NCBI RefSeq assembly: GCF_000172995.2
Contig: NC_014729.1
Coordinates: 1,200,001 to 1,232,000, forward strand
Length of the DNA stretch: 32,000 bases
Origin: Halogeometricum borinquense DSM 11551
Lineage (GTDB): Archaea > Halobacteriota > Halobacteria > Halobacteriales > Haloferacaceae
Direction: 5' to 3'
Below the pieces are notes generated by a model. It ran no database searches. It saw nothing but the letters and a program-made list of their open reading frames with translations, and was not told the origin of the DNA. This document shows positions 15,301-23,900 of this stretch, one piece after another. The first letter of the stretch is position 1; each line of letters opens with the position of its first letter. The position numbers and the translations under genes were made by a program.

Positions 15301-17329
15301 GCCGACCTCGTTCGACGCCGTCCGCCCAACGGCCGCGTGGAGTCTTCCACGCAGCGACCGTGAGCGCTTCAGCCTCGACGTGAACGGGCTACAGCCCTTG
15401 CTACCGTTCGTAGACGGGGACTTCCCAACAAGAGAAAGTGAAACGCCCGTCAGCTTCGAAGAACTCGCCGACACACTCGGTATCGGGGTCCGGCTAGAGC
15501 AAGGCACGTTCTCACCACAGGACGCCGAACGCGTGATCAGTCGTGTCGGGGAGTTACTCGCGTGGACCGATGACGACCTCGCTCAGTACAGCAGTGCTGT
15601 CGAACTACTCTACACACGCGTCGCTGAACTCCTCCCGAGACTAACGCATGGCAACCAGATCAGTGGGGAGTGGGACCCCGAACAAAGTGGGCTCGCGGAC
15701 GCACTTGTCCTCTGCCGGGTTGATGATAAGTACTCCCTCAAGCGCGCGGGTGACACCTACTTCGTCCGGTCACGAAGCAGTCGTGACCGCTACGGAAACC
15801 TCGGCGTTCCACTCCTCGCTATGTTCAAATCAGAAGCCGTCAGTCTCGGCGAATACTGCGGCGCAACCGACTTGCGAGCCGCTGTCGAGAAACAACCCGG
15901 ATACGGCGATGAACGCCCTCTCCCGACGTCTGTCTCTGGCTTCGAAATCGACACCACGTGGCTCCAGACCGTCCTTGCCGCGCTCGTTCTCCGACTCCGA
16001 ACAAACCGACCATCATCCGCACTCGTCGACCAAGACACGACCCGAACCAAGTCATTCTTCGAGAACATCGTGTTCGTCACCGACCTCGATCTCAACATCA
16101 CGCTCACCGACGGCAGCTGGAACCGAAATCTCGACCCGAAACCGCAACCGTACCACATTGAACGCGACGGCGACACGATCACCACGATCCTCATCGACGC
16201 GACACTCAACCGAGAGGCGTTCGTCGACGCACTCACCGGCGCATTCACCGACCGGCTCGATGTCCCACAGTACTACGAAGCCGTCAACAACCTCATTGAC
16301 CACGCGTTCGGGAACGAAACGCCAGCAATCGCGTTACGCGAACGACTCCGAACCGTCGGCAGCGAAGTTCCGAACGGCCAAATCGAAGTGACTCGGAAAG
16401 CACTCTTCGAAAGTGACCATGAGGACCCACCGAAAGACGACGGCGTGACAGACCACCCACCCGACCCTAAACCAGACAATGGTGGCGCATTCGATTCCAC
16501 TACGAACACACAAACCGCAGCAGCTAACGGCGGATCGGGATCATCCACCGGCACGGCTGGAACCAGCGCACACTCCTCGCGCATCCCCAGTATCGACGCC
16601 GTCACTCGAATCGGCGACCGACGAATCGCCGAATCACTCCGGAACGCCGATGTCTCCACAAACCCACCCGATAACGGTGGTCGTCAGGACTTGGGGAACG
16701 AGCAATCCACATCTAGTAGTCATATCGGTGGGGGTGGAGCTGCGTCACAAGAGTACCGTGACGAGATAGACGCGTTCGGTATGGCAATTACGCTTGATGC
16801 AGAACGAACGCGGCTCGCGGACGCCGACGAACCCAACCCGGAATCGAAAGTCTTCGACGTTCACACACCAGAAGAATACCTAAAGCACCGTGAACACTCC
16901 GAGCTCCTCGAATCCGCGATTCACCGGTTCGCAGACCAACGCGGCCTATCCGCCGCAGAAAACCCGCTCGACCGCGACTGGCCCGGATTCGACGTCCTAA
17001 CGATCCGGACTGACGACAACGGCGACGCAGTGATCGACCGTTGCATCGAGCTGAAAACCTCCGGCCTGAACACACGCAAGCCATCCCTCTCCTGGAACGA
17101 ATGGAAAGCCGCAGGCGGCCCGCTCAGCAAGCATTACTACCTCTACGTCGCCCGGAACATCCGACTCGGCAACAGTGGCGACGCAGAACTCCTCGAAATC
17201 CCACAACCATTCGACCGGCTACGCAACCGGCAACGCGAAACACGCGAACGGAATGTTCAGGTAGACCTCCGCAGCTTCGACTTCGACGACGACCCAATCA
17301 TCGAACGCCCCATTGAGTGGGAGGAATAA
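12305..17329 (+). CDS. Giant GHKL ATPase (sacsin/NO VEIN-type Bergerat fold) with a C-terminal DUF3883 (NOV_C) PD-(D/E)XK-like domain
   Basis: 1674-aa ORF. The N-box is FELLQNAVDE (12452..12475, checked), G1 is LVANNGAAFSFEDL and G2 is IGHKGRGFTSVLGVTDNPSVYS. A low-complexity linker covers about 16418..16747. The C-terminal domain (16748..17326) reads WPGFDVLT...VIDRCIELKTSG (E1582 codon 17048..17050, checked)...LSWNEWKAAG...HYYLYVARN. Together these give the D...E-x-K and YyLYvV pattern of DUF3883. The middle stretch of about 1200 aa has no motif I can recognise. Confidence 0.8.
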   Translation: MCMNGSGPASISDIQCRHVDTYESNPDRIEADAGTERQDRADYEGRFVFELLQNAVDEMDDTGEPRVRFELTEDSLLVANNGAAFSFEDLYALTLTTRTTKAGETTIGHKGRGFTSVLGVTDNPSVYSENVQAQFNRKTTADLLKGNDKISAERDDALAAEQVPLLCLPHETTTPPRVRALLNDGFTTVFKLPLRDPARHRESIHTKLEGLDANTVALLPQLQEIEISSLGQDWEWEIARHDMTGCDATLIELTTDTADGPEETRTDWFCLFEQTDLDQKQISDRADLTQPEVDAMGELSVGIAFSVTPGDSPPSLRPKGWKLKPVYGETHNQPPYLHVFLPTKERSPIPALVTGTFQSDTSRRNLTLNYDDSRGYDGQFNALLFMAVGELLADSVISFVEQSATSEGDFLTTLDPSLGQGRDWSFTKGTVEGCLFDAIKTRLTSVEFLPSARANQRVAIDDITVPPTSAQLSDLGTDFVSLLQSGDSQADDRPHVPSAELSTHQHAQTLVAYGASQYDASSVPEALAAVSVDPPLRIVDEREFGRTPPDDDEPCRLTVDPVLVYLVRLRKTLESDEDRSAFDDACRRHDVFPVEIKTDQEGTKHAIRGSNEAGTIFMPPEGDITADALPTLEFLPRDLYHGTNADRAAPLREDALPANFDADVQTIWDINDYLFSQVFDTAISPHLPGPNSPNADPSILASGGVLRTIREMTDVQSPENDRSPESPLLYQSAKKPYSALAQLPVPTQPTEDGTVEWHPAHRVYFSSDWQTTLNRPEDAYIEPFLNAVAAQTDSERFDPKFLASPSWFTTDKDEERVETLKAWAAFFSWLGVFEHLRPLPLFAPGEQQTYRQTQGLSQPSNSTITASEDLQRDGVYSVDHRYTGLTDVEWQSYRDHLVDAVTSEIPDPDEQYLFQVNSLEYASEILSAAKQSGEVGSRLLRHLTRWWDHGLSKRRHATVAEFTNERWRGSNVSYVFTHDEQSALGWNLWVWQLRQSSWVPTSFDAVRPTAAWSLPRSDRERFSLDVNGLQPLLPFVDGDFPTRESETPVSFEELADTLGIGVRLEQGTFSPQDAERVISRVGELLAWTDDDLAQYSSAVELLYTRVAELLPRLTHGNQISGEWDPEQSGLADALVLCRVDDKYSLKRAGDTYFVRSRSSRDRYGNLGVPLLAMFKSEAVSLGEYCGATDLRAAVEKQPGYGDERPLPTSVSGFEIDTTWLQTVLAALVLRLRTNRPSSALVDQDTTRTKSFFENIVFVTDLDLNITLTDGSWNRNLDPKPQPYHIERDGDTITTILIDATLNREAFVDALTGAFTDRLDVPQYYEAVNNLIDHAFGNETPAIALRERLRTVGSEVPNGQIEVTRKALFESDHEDPPKDDGVTDHPPDPKPDNGGAFDSTTNTQTAAANGGSGSSTGTAGTSAHSSRIPSIDAVTRIGDRRIAESLRNADVSTNPPDNGGRQDLGNEQSTSSSHIGGGGAASQEYRDEIDAFGMAITLDAERTRLADADEPNPESKVFDVHTPEEYLKHREHSELLESAIHRFADQRGLSAAENPLDRDWPGFDVLTIRTDDNGDAVIDRCIELKTSGLNTRKPSLSWNEWKAAGGPLSKHYYLYVARNIRLGNSGDAELLEIPQPFDRLRNRQRETRERNVQVDLRSFDFDDDPIIERPIEWEE

Positions 17330-17411
17330 TCCACTCATTCTACGACAACTGAGCCAATAGCGATCCCACACTCCCTAAACTAATGATAACAGGTCGTGAA
17401 TAGCGATAATA

Positions 17412-18644
17412 ATGGCAGCTACACTCACTGAACCCACCGTTCTCGCTGCCGCGAAGGACACTCTCTACCCTGATCTCGACACGAACACAGACCATTACGC
17501 TGTCACAGAAACGCAGTTCACGAAATCCTCTTGGGGTGGATGGGAGATTCCTGACGATCTCCGTCGTCGCCTCGCGCCGTACAACACCATTCGACTCACG
17601 GACGGGGAACCTGATCTCCTCGGCGTTGGGATGCCTGCTCTCGAAGTCCTGAACGCCGATGCCACAACAACACCGGTCACGGTAATCGAAGCGAAAGGCC
17701 ACAATAGCGATCCGAGTGCTGCTGATGTCCGAACCGGCATCAACCAGGCGCACGGTCACTTATCCGAAGTCAACATCGGGTACGTCGCTGCCCCCATCCA
17801 AAGCATCACCGACCAGGCACGGGCACTAGCTCGGGACCTCAACATCGGCGTCATCGGCGTCGAAAGCCCGCACGACGCAATGCTCATCGAACCAGCTCGC
17901 GTCACCGGTGTCGGCGACTTCTCCACCACTATCGACGCGATCCGGTTCCAAGCCACAACGCACCAACTCACCGAAGGCAGCTTCCCAGTCAATCACCCGA
18001 AGAACTACCTCGGCTACGCACTCGCCCTCGCGGCAGATGGCGGCACCCCTGACGTTTACTCCGAGCACGTAATCAACAGCGTATCAGGTGGCCGTCGCGG
18101 CGCAATCCTTCTCGGTCTCGTTGACAATCAGCCTCACGGAGAGACACTCACGCATCTCGGTGCAGAAGTCGTCCGCTTCGCCCGCAGCCACCACGGGACT
18201 GTCGATGCTGCACTCGACGAATTCGCCTCGTGGAAAGGCCGTTCAACACCGTTCACCGACCTTGCTCCTCGGTGGGCGCAACTCGCCCGCTCAGTCGCCA
18301 TCCAGTACGAGCCAACGCAACTCATCATCGAAGCACTCGAACGCCTCCACCAACACGGCATCAAACCCGCCACCATCGACACCGTCGTCCGAGAAGCCTG
18401 CCGCATCAACCAACCACTCGCCGTGGAAGTATTCTTCACCCAATCTAGGCGTGAAGACGTGCTCACCGCCGATGGCGACATCGACGAATCAGTGCTTACG
18501 GATCCGACTGTGTACAAGTCCGGCATTCACTTCCAGTTCAAGTACCACCTCCGACATATTGGACTGCTCACGGCAGGCGGAACCGATGACAAAGACGAGG
18601 TCCTATCGAACAATTGGGAGCTAAATCAAGCGGTCGGACTCTGA
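17412..18644 (+). CDS. Hypothetical protein with an N-terminal PD-(D/E)XK (Hjc/restriction-endonuclease-like) motif
   Basis: 410-aa ORF. TDGEPD68LLGVG ... PVTVIE93AK95GHN followed by QAHGH fits a D-(x)n-E-x-K nuclease core. The C-terminal half is helical and unassigned. A TATA-like taatgata lies at 17381..17388. Confidence 0.55.
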   Translation: MAATLTEPTVLAAAKDTLYPDLDTNTDHYAVTETQFTKSSWGGWEIPDDLRRRLAPYNTIRLTDGEPDLLGVGMPALEVLNADATTTPVTVIEAKGHNSDPSAADVRTGINQAHGHLSEVNIGYVAAPIQSITDQARALARDLNIGVIGVESPHDAMLIEPARVTGVGDFSTTIDAIRFQATTHQLTEGSFPVNHPKNYLGYALALAADGGTPDVYSEHVINSVSGGRRGAILLGLVDNQPHGETLTHLGAEVVRFARSHHGTVDAALDEFASWKGRSTPFTDLAPRWAQLARSVAIQYEPTQLIIEALERLHQHGIKPATIDTVVREACRINQPLAVEVFFTQSRREDVLTADGDIDESVLTDPTVYKSGIHFQFKYHLRHIGLLTAGGTDDKDEVLSNNWELNQAVGL

Positions 18645-18649
18645 TTGGC

Positions 18650-19996
18650 TCACTCTTCGCCTGACTTACTGGCCTCTGTGATGAGGTTCCCGAACCGTCG
18701 GAGCAGGACTTCTGCATTCTCCTTAGTTGTTGTCGGTTGGTACTGCTCCTCCTCGTACTCTGCCAGTTGGATGCTTGGGTGAGCCAACAGGTTGAGCGAC
18801 TGTTCAATGACGTGCTGGTCCGGAACCCGCTCCTCATTGTACATGCCTTTCAAAATCAAACGGAGCCGGTCAGCGGTTCCTTCCTCTGGGTCTGCTCGTT
18901 GAAGCGCTTCCATCACGGCAAGCAAATCCTCAGTCCCACCAAGACGAGTCCGTAGTTCATCATCGATCTGATCAAGCCGGTCATCTTGGAATGCACCCTG
19001 CTCAGTAAGATATGTTGAGAGTGCTTCCGGCGGAATCCCGTAGGTATCTCGCCGTTCTAAGAGCGCCTTGAGGTGATCGGTTGCAAGGAGGACGATTCCT
19101 TGCCGGTCCGCATCTTCAATTGCTGCCGGGGTGAAGCCAGGTGCAACTACAATCGCTTGGTCGGCCGAATGTCGCTCTTTATGCCCTTGGATTCGCGTTG
19201 CATCTGGCGATGCCAGCGTTCCACTGCTTCGTGCCTTCACTTCAACGACCGCATGAATCGGTGCGGTAACCTCGACATCCGTATCGTCCCCACCTTCTAT
19301 CCACCGTGCCTCAAACCCCAACCGAGAGAACGCCTTAGCGACAAGCTCTTCCAACTCCTCATACTGGTCACCATCCCGACTCGCCGCAACGATACGCTCT
19401 CCCAGACCGAGTTCCTGTTCTTCTTCAGACTCCTCCTGCAACGAGTCCTCATCGAACTCATGAACCCGGACACCACTCCCCGTTAACTCATTAACTGCGG
19501 TTTCAACGGACTCGTACGCATCCTCTACATCTCGGATACGCGCATCGGACACCCGACTGAATCCCTGCGGGATGTAATTATCTTGGTACCCAACAAGCTC
19601 GTTGAACGACTGGACATCCACATCAATCTCCGCCACACCGGTCAAGAACACCAAATACCGCCACGGACTTTCAGGGTCCCACGGATTCCCCTCAGTACGC
19701 CAGAGATGCTCAGCCAGGTCAAGATCATCCCGTGTTCGAACAACAGTGGCCTGCGCAATGTACCGCCCATCCCGGTAAATTAACGCGATGTCACCACCCT
19801 CCACGAACTGCCACTTCGAATCAACTGACGTCCCCCAAAGATGCACCTTCTCCGACTCCGAATCAGTAACGGCCTCAACTTCGGCATCAGAAAGATGTTC
19901 CGCAAACTCCGCTGGGTCATGCCCTCCCTTCACAGACTGCAGATAATCCTGATAGGCATCCTCACGTCCAGCTGTAATAATGGCTATCCCCGTCAT
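18650..19996 (-). CDS. Mrr-type restriction endonuclease domain fused to an N-terminal PUA/EVE-like domain (candidate modification-dependent nuclease)
   Basis: 448-aa ORF. The central region reads ELVAKAFSRLGFEARWIEGGDDTDVEVTAPIHAVVEVKARSS ... QAIVVAPGFTPAAIEDADRQGIVLL, which gives the Mrr_cat D...E-x-K pattern. The N-terminal VHLWGTSVDSKWQFVEGGDIALIYRDGRYIAQATV resembles PUA-like (EVE/ASCH) beta-barrels. That part of the call is weak. Confidence 0.6.
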   Translation of the reverse strand: MTGIAIITAGREDAYQDYLQSVKGGHDPAEFAEHLSDAEVEAVTDSESEKVHLWGTSVDSKWQFVEGGDIALIYRDGRYIAQATVVRTRDDLDLAEHLWRTEGNPWDPESPWRYLVFLTGVAEIDVDVQSFNELVGYQDNYIPQGFSRVSDARIRDVEDAYESVETAVNELTGSGVRVHEFDEDSLQEESEEEQELGLGERIVAASRDGDQYEELEELVAKAFSRLGFEARWIEGGDDTDVEVTAPIHAVVEVKARSSGTLASPDATRIQGHKERHSADQAIVVAPGFTPAAIEDADRQGIVLLATDHLKALLERRDTYGIPPEALSTYLTEQGAFQDDRLDQIDDELRTRLGGTEDLLAVMEALQRADPEEGTADRLRLILKGMYNEERVPDQHVIEQSLNLLAHPSIQLAEYEEEQYQPTTTKENAEVLLRRFGNLITEASKSGEE

Positions 19997-20188
19997 TCGT
20001 AAGTAAATGAATAACTACTCGGTCAGGAGAAAAATCATAGGGGTAAACAAGGATTCTATTGGTCACTCTGGGGTCTGGATTCTGGTACGTATGCCGGAAT
20101 TGTCCATCAATGAAGCATCGAATTCAGGACTAGCGTCCACAACAAACATCCCTCTGTCCCACGCGCCTTACGCCTGAGGTCTGTTAAG

Positions 20189-20956
20189 ATGGGCACACTT
20201 GTCATCGACATTGAAACCGCCAGCCCGTTCGAAGAGCCGCCCGACAACTCGAACGACACCCAGTACTTCGAACTCTTCGCTGTCAGCCTCGCGTACGCTG
20301 ACGACCTGAACGACACACCAGAAACCGAAGTGTTGTTCCGGAGCGGCGACTGGGACGACCAGTATACGATTGACCTCTACGAGCGCCTACTCGACTGGTG
20401 TGATGACCGCAGCGTAGATCGTCTCCTCACGTATAACGGCACCTGGTTCGACGGCACGCACTTGCTGAACTGGGCCTGCAACATCGACGATAGTGCTAAC
20501 CGAGACTTCTTGACACGCACAGAGGCCTTGTTCGAGAACCACGTTGATGTCGCGCTCGCAGCTGCCGATGAGTACGAAGCCGAGCTATGGGACGACCAGC
20601 ACATCCTTCCTGACTGGAAGGTCTACGACCTTGCTGGGATCGACAACGACAGCGTCTGGTACGACGACTACGACTTCCCCGACAACTATCTCTCCGGAAT
20701 AGATGGGAAAGCTGTCCAAGGCAAGCACATCGGGCAAGTCCTCGGCGACAAATACGTTCAAAACGTCGAAGCCGGCATTGAACATACCAGCGTCCACCGC
20801 GAACTCACACAACTCCTCAAAGACTACTGCCTTAGCACGTCGCGGACCTCATCAACCTTTACACCACCCTCGGAGGTCCCAATCTCGATGATACCTACCG
20901 CCGGCCCGCCACCGACATCGTCTGACGCGTATTCCTCCCATCATCCCAATACTTAG
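20189..20956 (+). CDS. DEDDy 3'-5' exonuclease related to the PolB exonuclease domain; the C-terminus appears frameshifted
   Basis: 255-aa ORF. ExoI is LVIDIETAS and ExoII is LLTYNGTWFDGTHLL. After DYCLS (20822..20836) the listed frame becomes low-complexity (TSRTSSTFTPPSEV...). The frame reached by inserting 1 nt after 20836 reads D-VADLINLYTTLGGPNLDDTYRRPATDIV and stops at 20923..20925. That insertion completes a Y-x3-D ExoIII motif. Confidence 0.65.
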   Translation: MGTLVIDIETASPFEEPPDNSNDTQYFELFAVSLAYADDLNDTPETEVLFRSGDWDDQYTIDLYERLLDWCDDRSVDRLLTYNGTWFDGTHLLNWACNIDDSANRDFLTRTEALFENHVDVALAAADEYEAELWDDQHILPDWKVYDLAGIDNDSVWYDDYDFPDNYLSGIDGKAVQGKHIGQVLGDKYVQNVEAGIEHTSVHRELTQLLKDYCLSTSRTSSTFTPPSEVPISMIPTAGPPPTSSDAYSSHHPNT

Positions 20957-20988
20957 GATAACGGGATAGTCCTGAACCGAGGATGCGC

Positions 20989-23900
20989 TCAGTCTGATTT
21001 CTCAATCGGGTCGGGCGCTGCTGAAATCCGATCAAGGAGTCTATCTGCGGCCGTTGCTGCCGTGGATGGTTCGAGTCCGTGCTGACAGTACGTGTCAACC
21101 ATCGTTGACCGAATTTGTTCGTCCGGTCGCGTTGGGCGCGGATCAAGATAGTTCTCTTGCCGGAAGTACTCCTGGAGTTCCTCGATTTTATCTTGGCGGA
21201 AGTGGCTGACATCCGGCAGTGCATCGAGGATCTCTTCTGGATCTCCGTCGACTCTGTCTGCCAGCTCGCTTACCTTGTCGATGAACGTATTGCTGACGGC
21301 ACCACTGGCTTCCAAGACACTGCGGTCAACTGCCTTCCCGCGCCCAACTGTGTACGCCTCAACGAACGATTCTAATGCCGCACCGTGTCGGCGGACTTGC
21401 TTCCGGGCCGACTGCGACAGGAGGCCATCAACGGCACCGATCTCCAGCAACGACCGGAGATGCCCCCAGCGCTCGATTCCTGCACACCGCAGTCGGTACA
21501 AGACTTCCGGCTCCTCAGTCACGTACCAGAGCGGTGCCGACGCCGCTCCTTGTCGTGGGTCGAACGTTGGCACGCCTAGTCGCTCACGGTACGACCAGTG
21601 ATCGTCGCCGTCCGGGGCAGGGACGTTGATCGAACCGGCCGTCTCAACTGCCGGCGGCTCCGCGACTGGGTCGTGCCCGTCGCTCGCCGTCAATTGCTGG
21701 AGACTGTACTCAACATCCGACTCTTCGAGACGAGTTTCCCACCGTGCGCGTTCGTCGTGCCGGGCCGTGAAGTAGAATACTTGCCTCCCTTCCCGGGCCA
21801 GGTCAATCACGGTGTCAAGAACCGTTTCAGCGCGTTGGTCATCGAACGGTGCCAGCGTCTCGTCAAGCAACAACGGGGGCGCAGTCTCTTGCTCTCTGTG
21901 TTCGACGAAAGCAACCCGAACCGCGAGCAGGACCTGCACTCGCGTCCCACTGGACAAATCGTTCAGGTCAACGCGCCGCTGTTCTCCCGTATCGAACGCC
22001 CTGAACGTCCCGTCATCCAGTCTGAGCTCAAACTGTCCGTCAGTAATCCGCCGCAAGAGATCATCCGCCCGCTGAAACACCGGCTCCTGATTGCTGGAAA
22101 CCGTCTCCGCCTCGACGAACTCAAGGAGTGTATCCGTGACCGCGTCGGCCACGTCCGCTTCGAGCGCTTCCTCAAGACCTCGCAAGGCTTCACCTCGTTC
22201 TTGAACAGCGTCAGCAATCTCCGTCGACGCCTTCGCATCCTCGATCTCCTTCTCCAGCGTCGTTTTCTCCTGTAACAACTCGTCGTACTGGTTCGCAATC
22301 TCCCGTTTTTCGTCTAACTCTCGCTCTAAGTCGTCTCTGTCTCGCTCTTCGATCTCTTCCTCGTAAGCATCGTGTTCACGAAGATCTGAACGGCGATTCT
22401 CAAGTGTAGTCTCCGCAGTACCTTTCGCCTCAACGGCTGCTTCGTACTCCGAGTATTGCTCACACAGTGTTGCAAGCCGCTCCCGGTCGCCAGGCTCCAA
22501 GCCACGCTCGGTGAATAATTCCTCTCGGTCGGCCCTGTACCGGTCGAGTTCCTCGTGGGCCACAGCGACACTCCCATCGACCTCTTCGAGTCGCTGCGTC
22601 GCATTCTCGTAGTCACGCTGTCGCTGTTCGAGACTCTCAACAGCAGCCGTCGCATCCGCACTCGTTTCGACCGTGTAGGAGTACGCATCAGTCGTGTAGG
22701 GCTCAATCGTCGCGCAGAACTGCTCCCGATACGTCTTGACCTGATCGTTGGCTTCCTGTAGTGCCGCCTGTTTCCCGACAACAGTCTCGTCAGCAGCCTG
22801 CCAGCGCTCAACACGCTCGACCGTTACTGCCAGTTCAATGTCGTCGTTGACCTCGGTATCGAACCGATTCTGAAGACGATCACGCGCCGTCTCCAGTTCA
22901 TCTCTGATGTCATCGATGTCAAACTGTGCACGGAGCTCATCCCGCTTCTGCGCCTCCTGCTCGTCCACTTCGATGACCCGCAGTCGCTCACGAAGATCAG
23001 CTACCCGGTCCCTGACTCCGTCAGGTTCCCACGAATCTGGCTCTGGAAGCCCAGTCTGCCGGAATGTCTCCGCATGGGTCGCCCTGGCAGTGTTGTCCGT
23101 GCCAGTATCGTCACTCCTCGCGGAGAGCACCGCGTAGCCAGCGAGAGCGAGTCCGAAGAGTGTCAGCAGGCCACCAGCCGGATTGACTGTGAGCGCGATC
23201 ACGACGCCTGACAGCGCCGTCAAGATCCCTGCTGTGATGGCCGCTACTACAGGGCCTCGACTACCCGTGTCGTCAGGAGCTTGTTCTGGCGGGGCTGCGA
23301 GCCAGTTCTCAAGCGCATTCCGCCCGCTTTCGAGCGTTCCACGATCCGCTGATTCCTTCGACTCCCCGGCGAGCCACTCATCGATAGCAGCCTCGACCTG
23401 TCCCTTCCCGTCGACTTCCGCTACCTTCGAAACGAACGAACGAAGCTCAGCAAGATCGTCCGTGTCGACCTCGCGGAGGGTCTCACCGTCAAGGTCCAGG
23501 GGAATCTTCTCCCGTACCTCACTGCGCTTGGCTTCTGCATCAGCTACTTCACGCTGCAAACGATCACGATTATCTTCAGCATCATCGAGGTCATCTCGGT
23601 ACCCTCGAAGCGTCTGCAACACCCCATCGGCAACCCCGTCCTCAGGTAGTTCCGTGCCAGCCAGTTTGTCCGCGGCCTCACGGTATTTCACCGCGGCCTC
23701 CTGCTCAACGCGTTTCTGTTGCGCTATCTGCTCGTCAAGATCGTCGAGCTGGTCCAGTTCATCACCATCGAACGACGCCAACTCATCCGGGAACGATGTT
23801 ACCTCATCGACCCGCTGGTCATAGGCATCCTGCGCCTCCCGGTACTGAATCGCCGTCTCAAGCAGATCAACGCGCTCACTCGCATCGGCGGCGGCCGCGA

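Noticed and set aside
16418-16747. A repetitive-looking Gly/Ser/Thr/Pro/Asp-rich stretch that might have been a tandem repeat or a gene boundary.
   Set aside because: It is in frame with the 1674-aa ORF on both sides and has no exact nucleotide repeat unit that I could find. It reads as a disordered interdomain linker before the DUF3883 domain.
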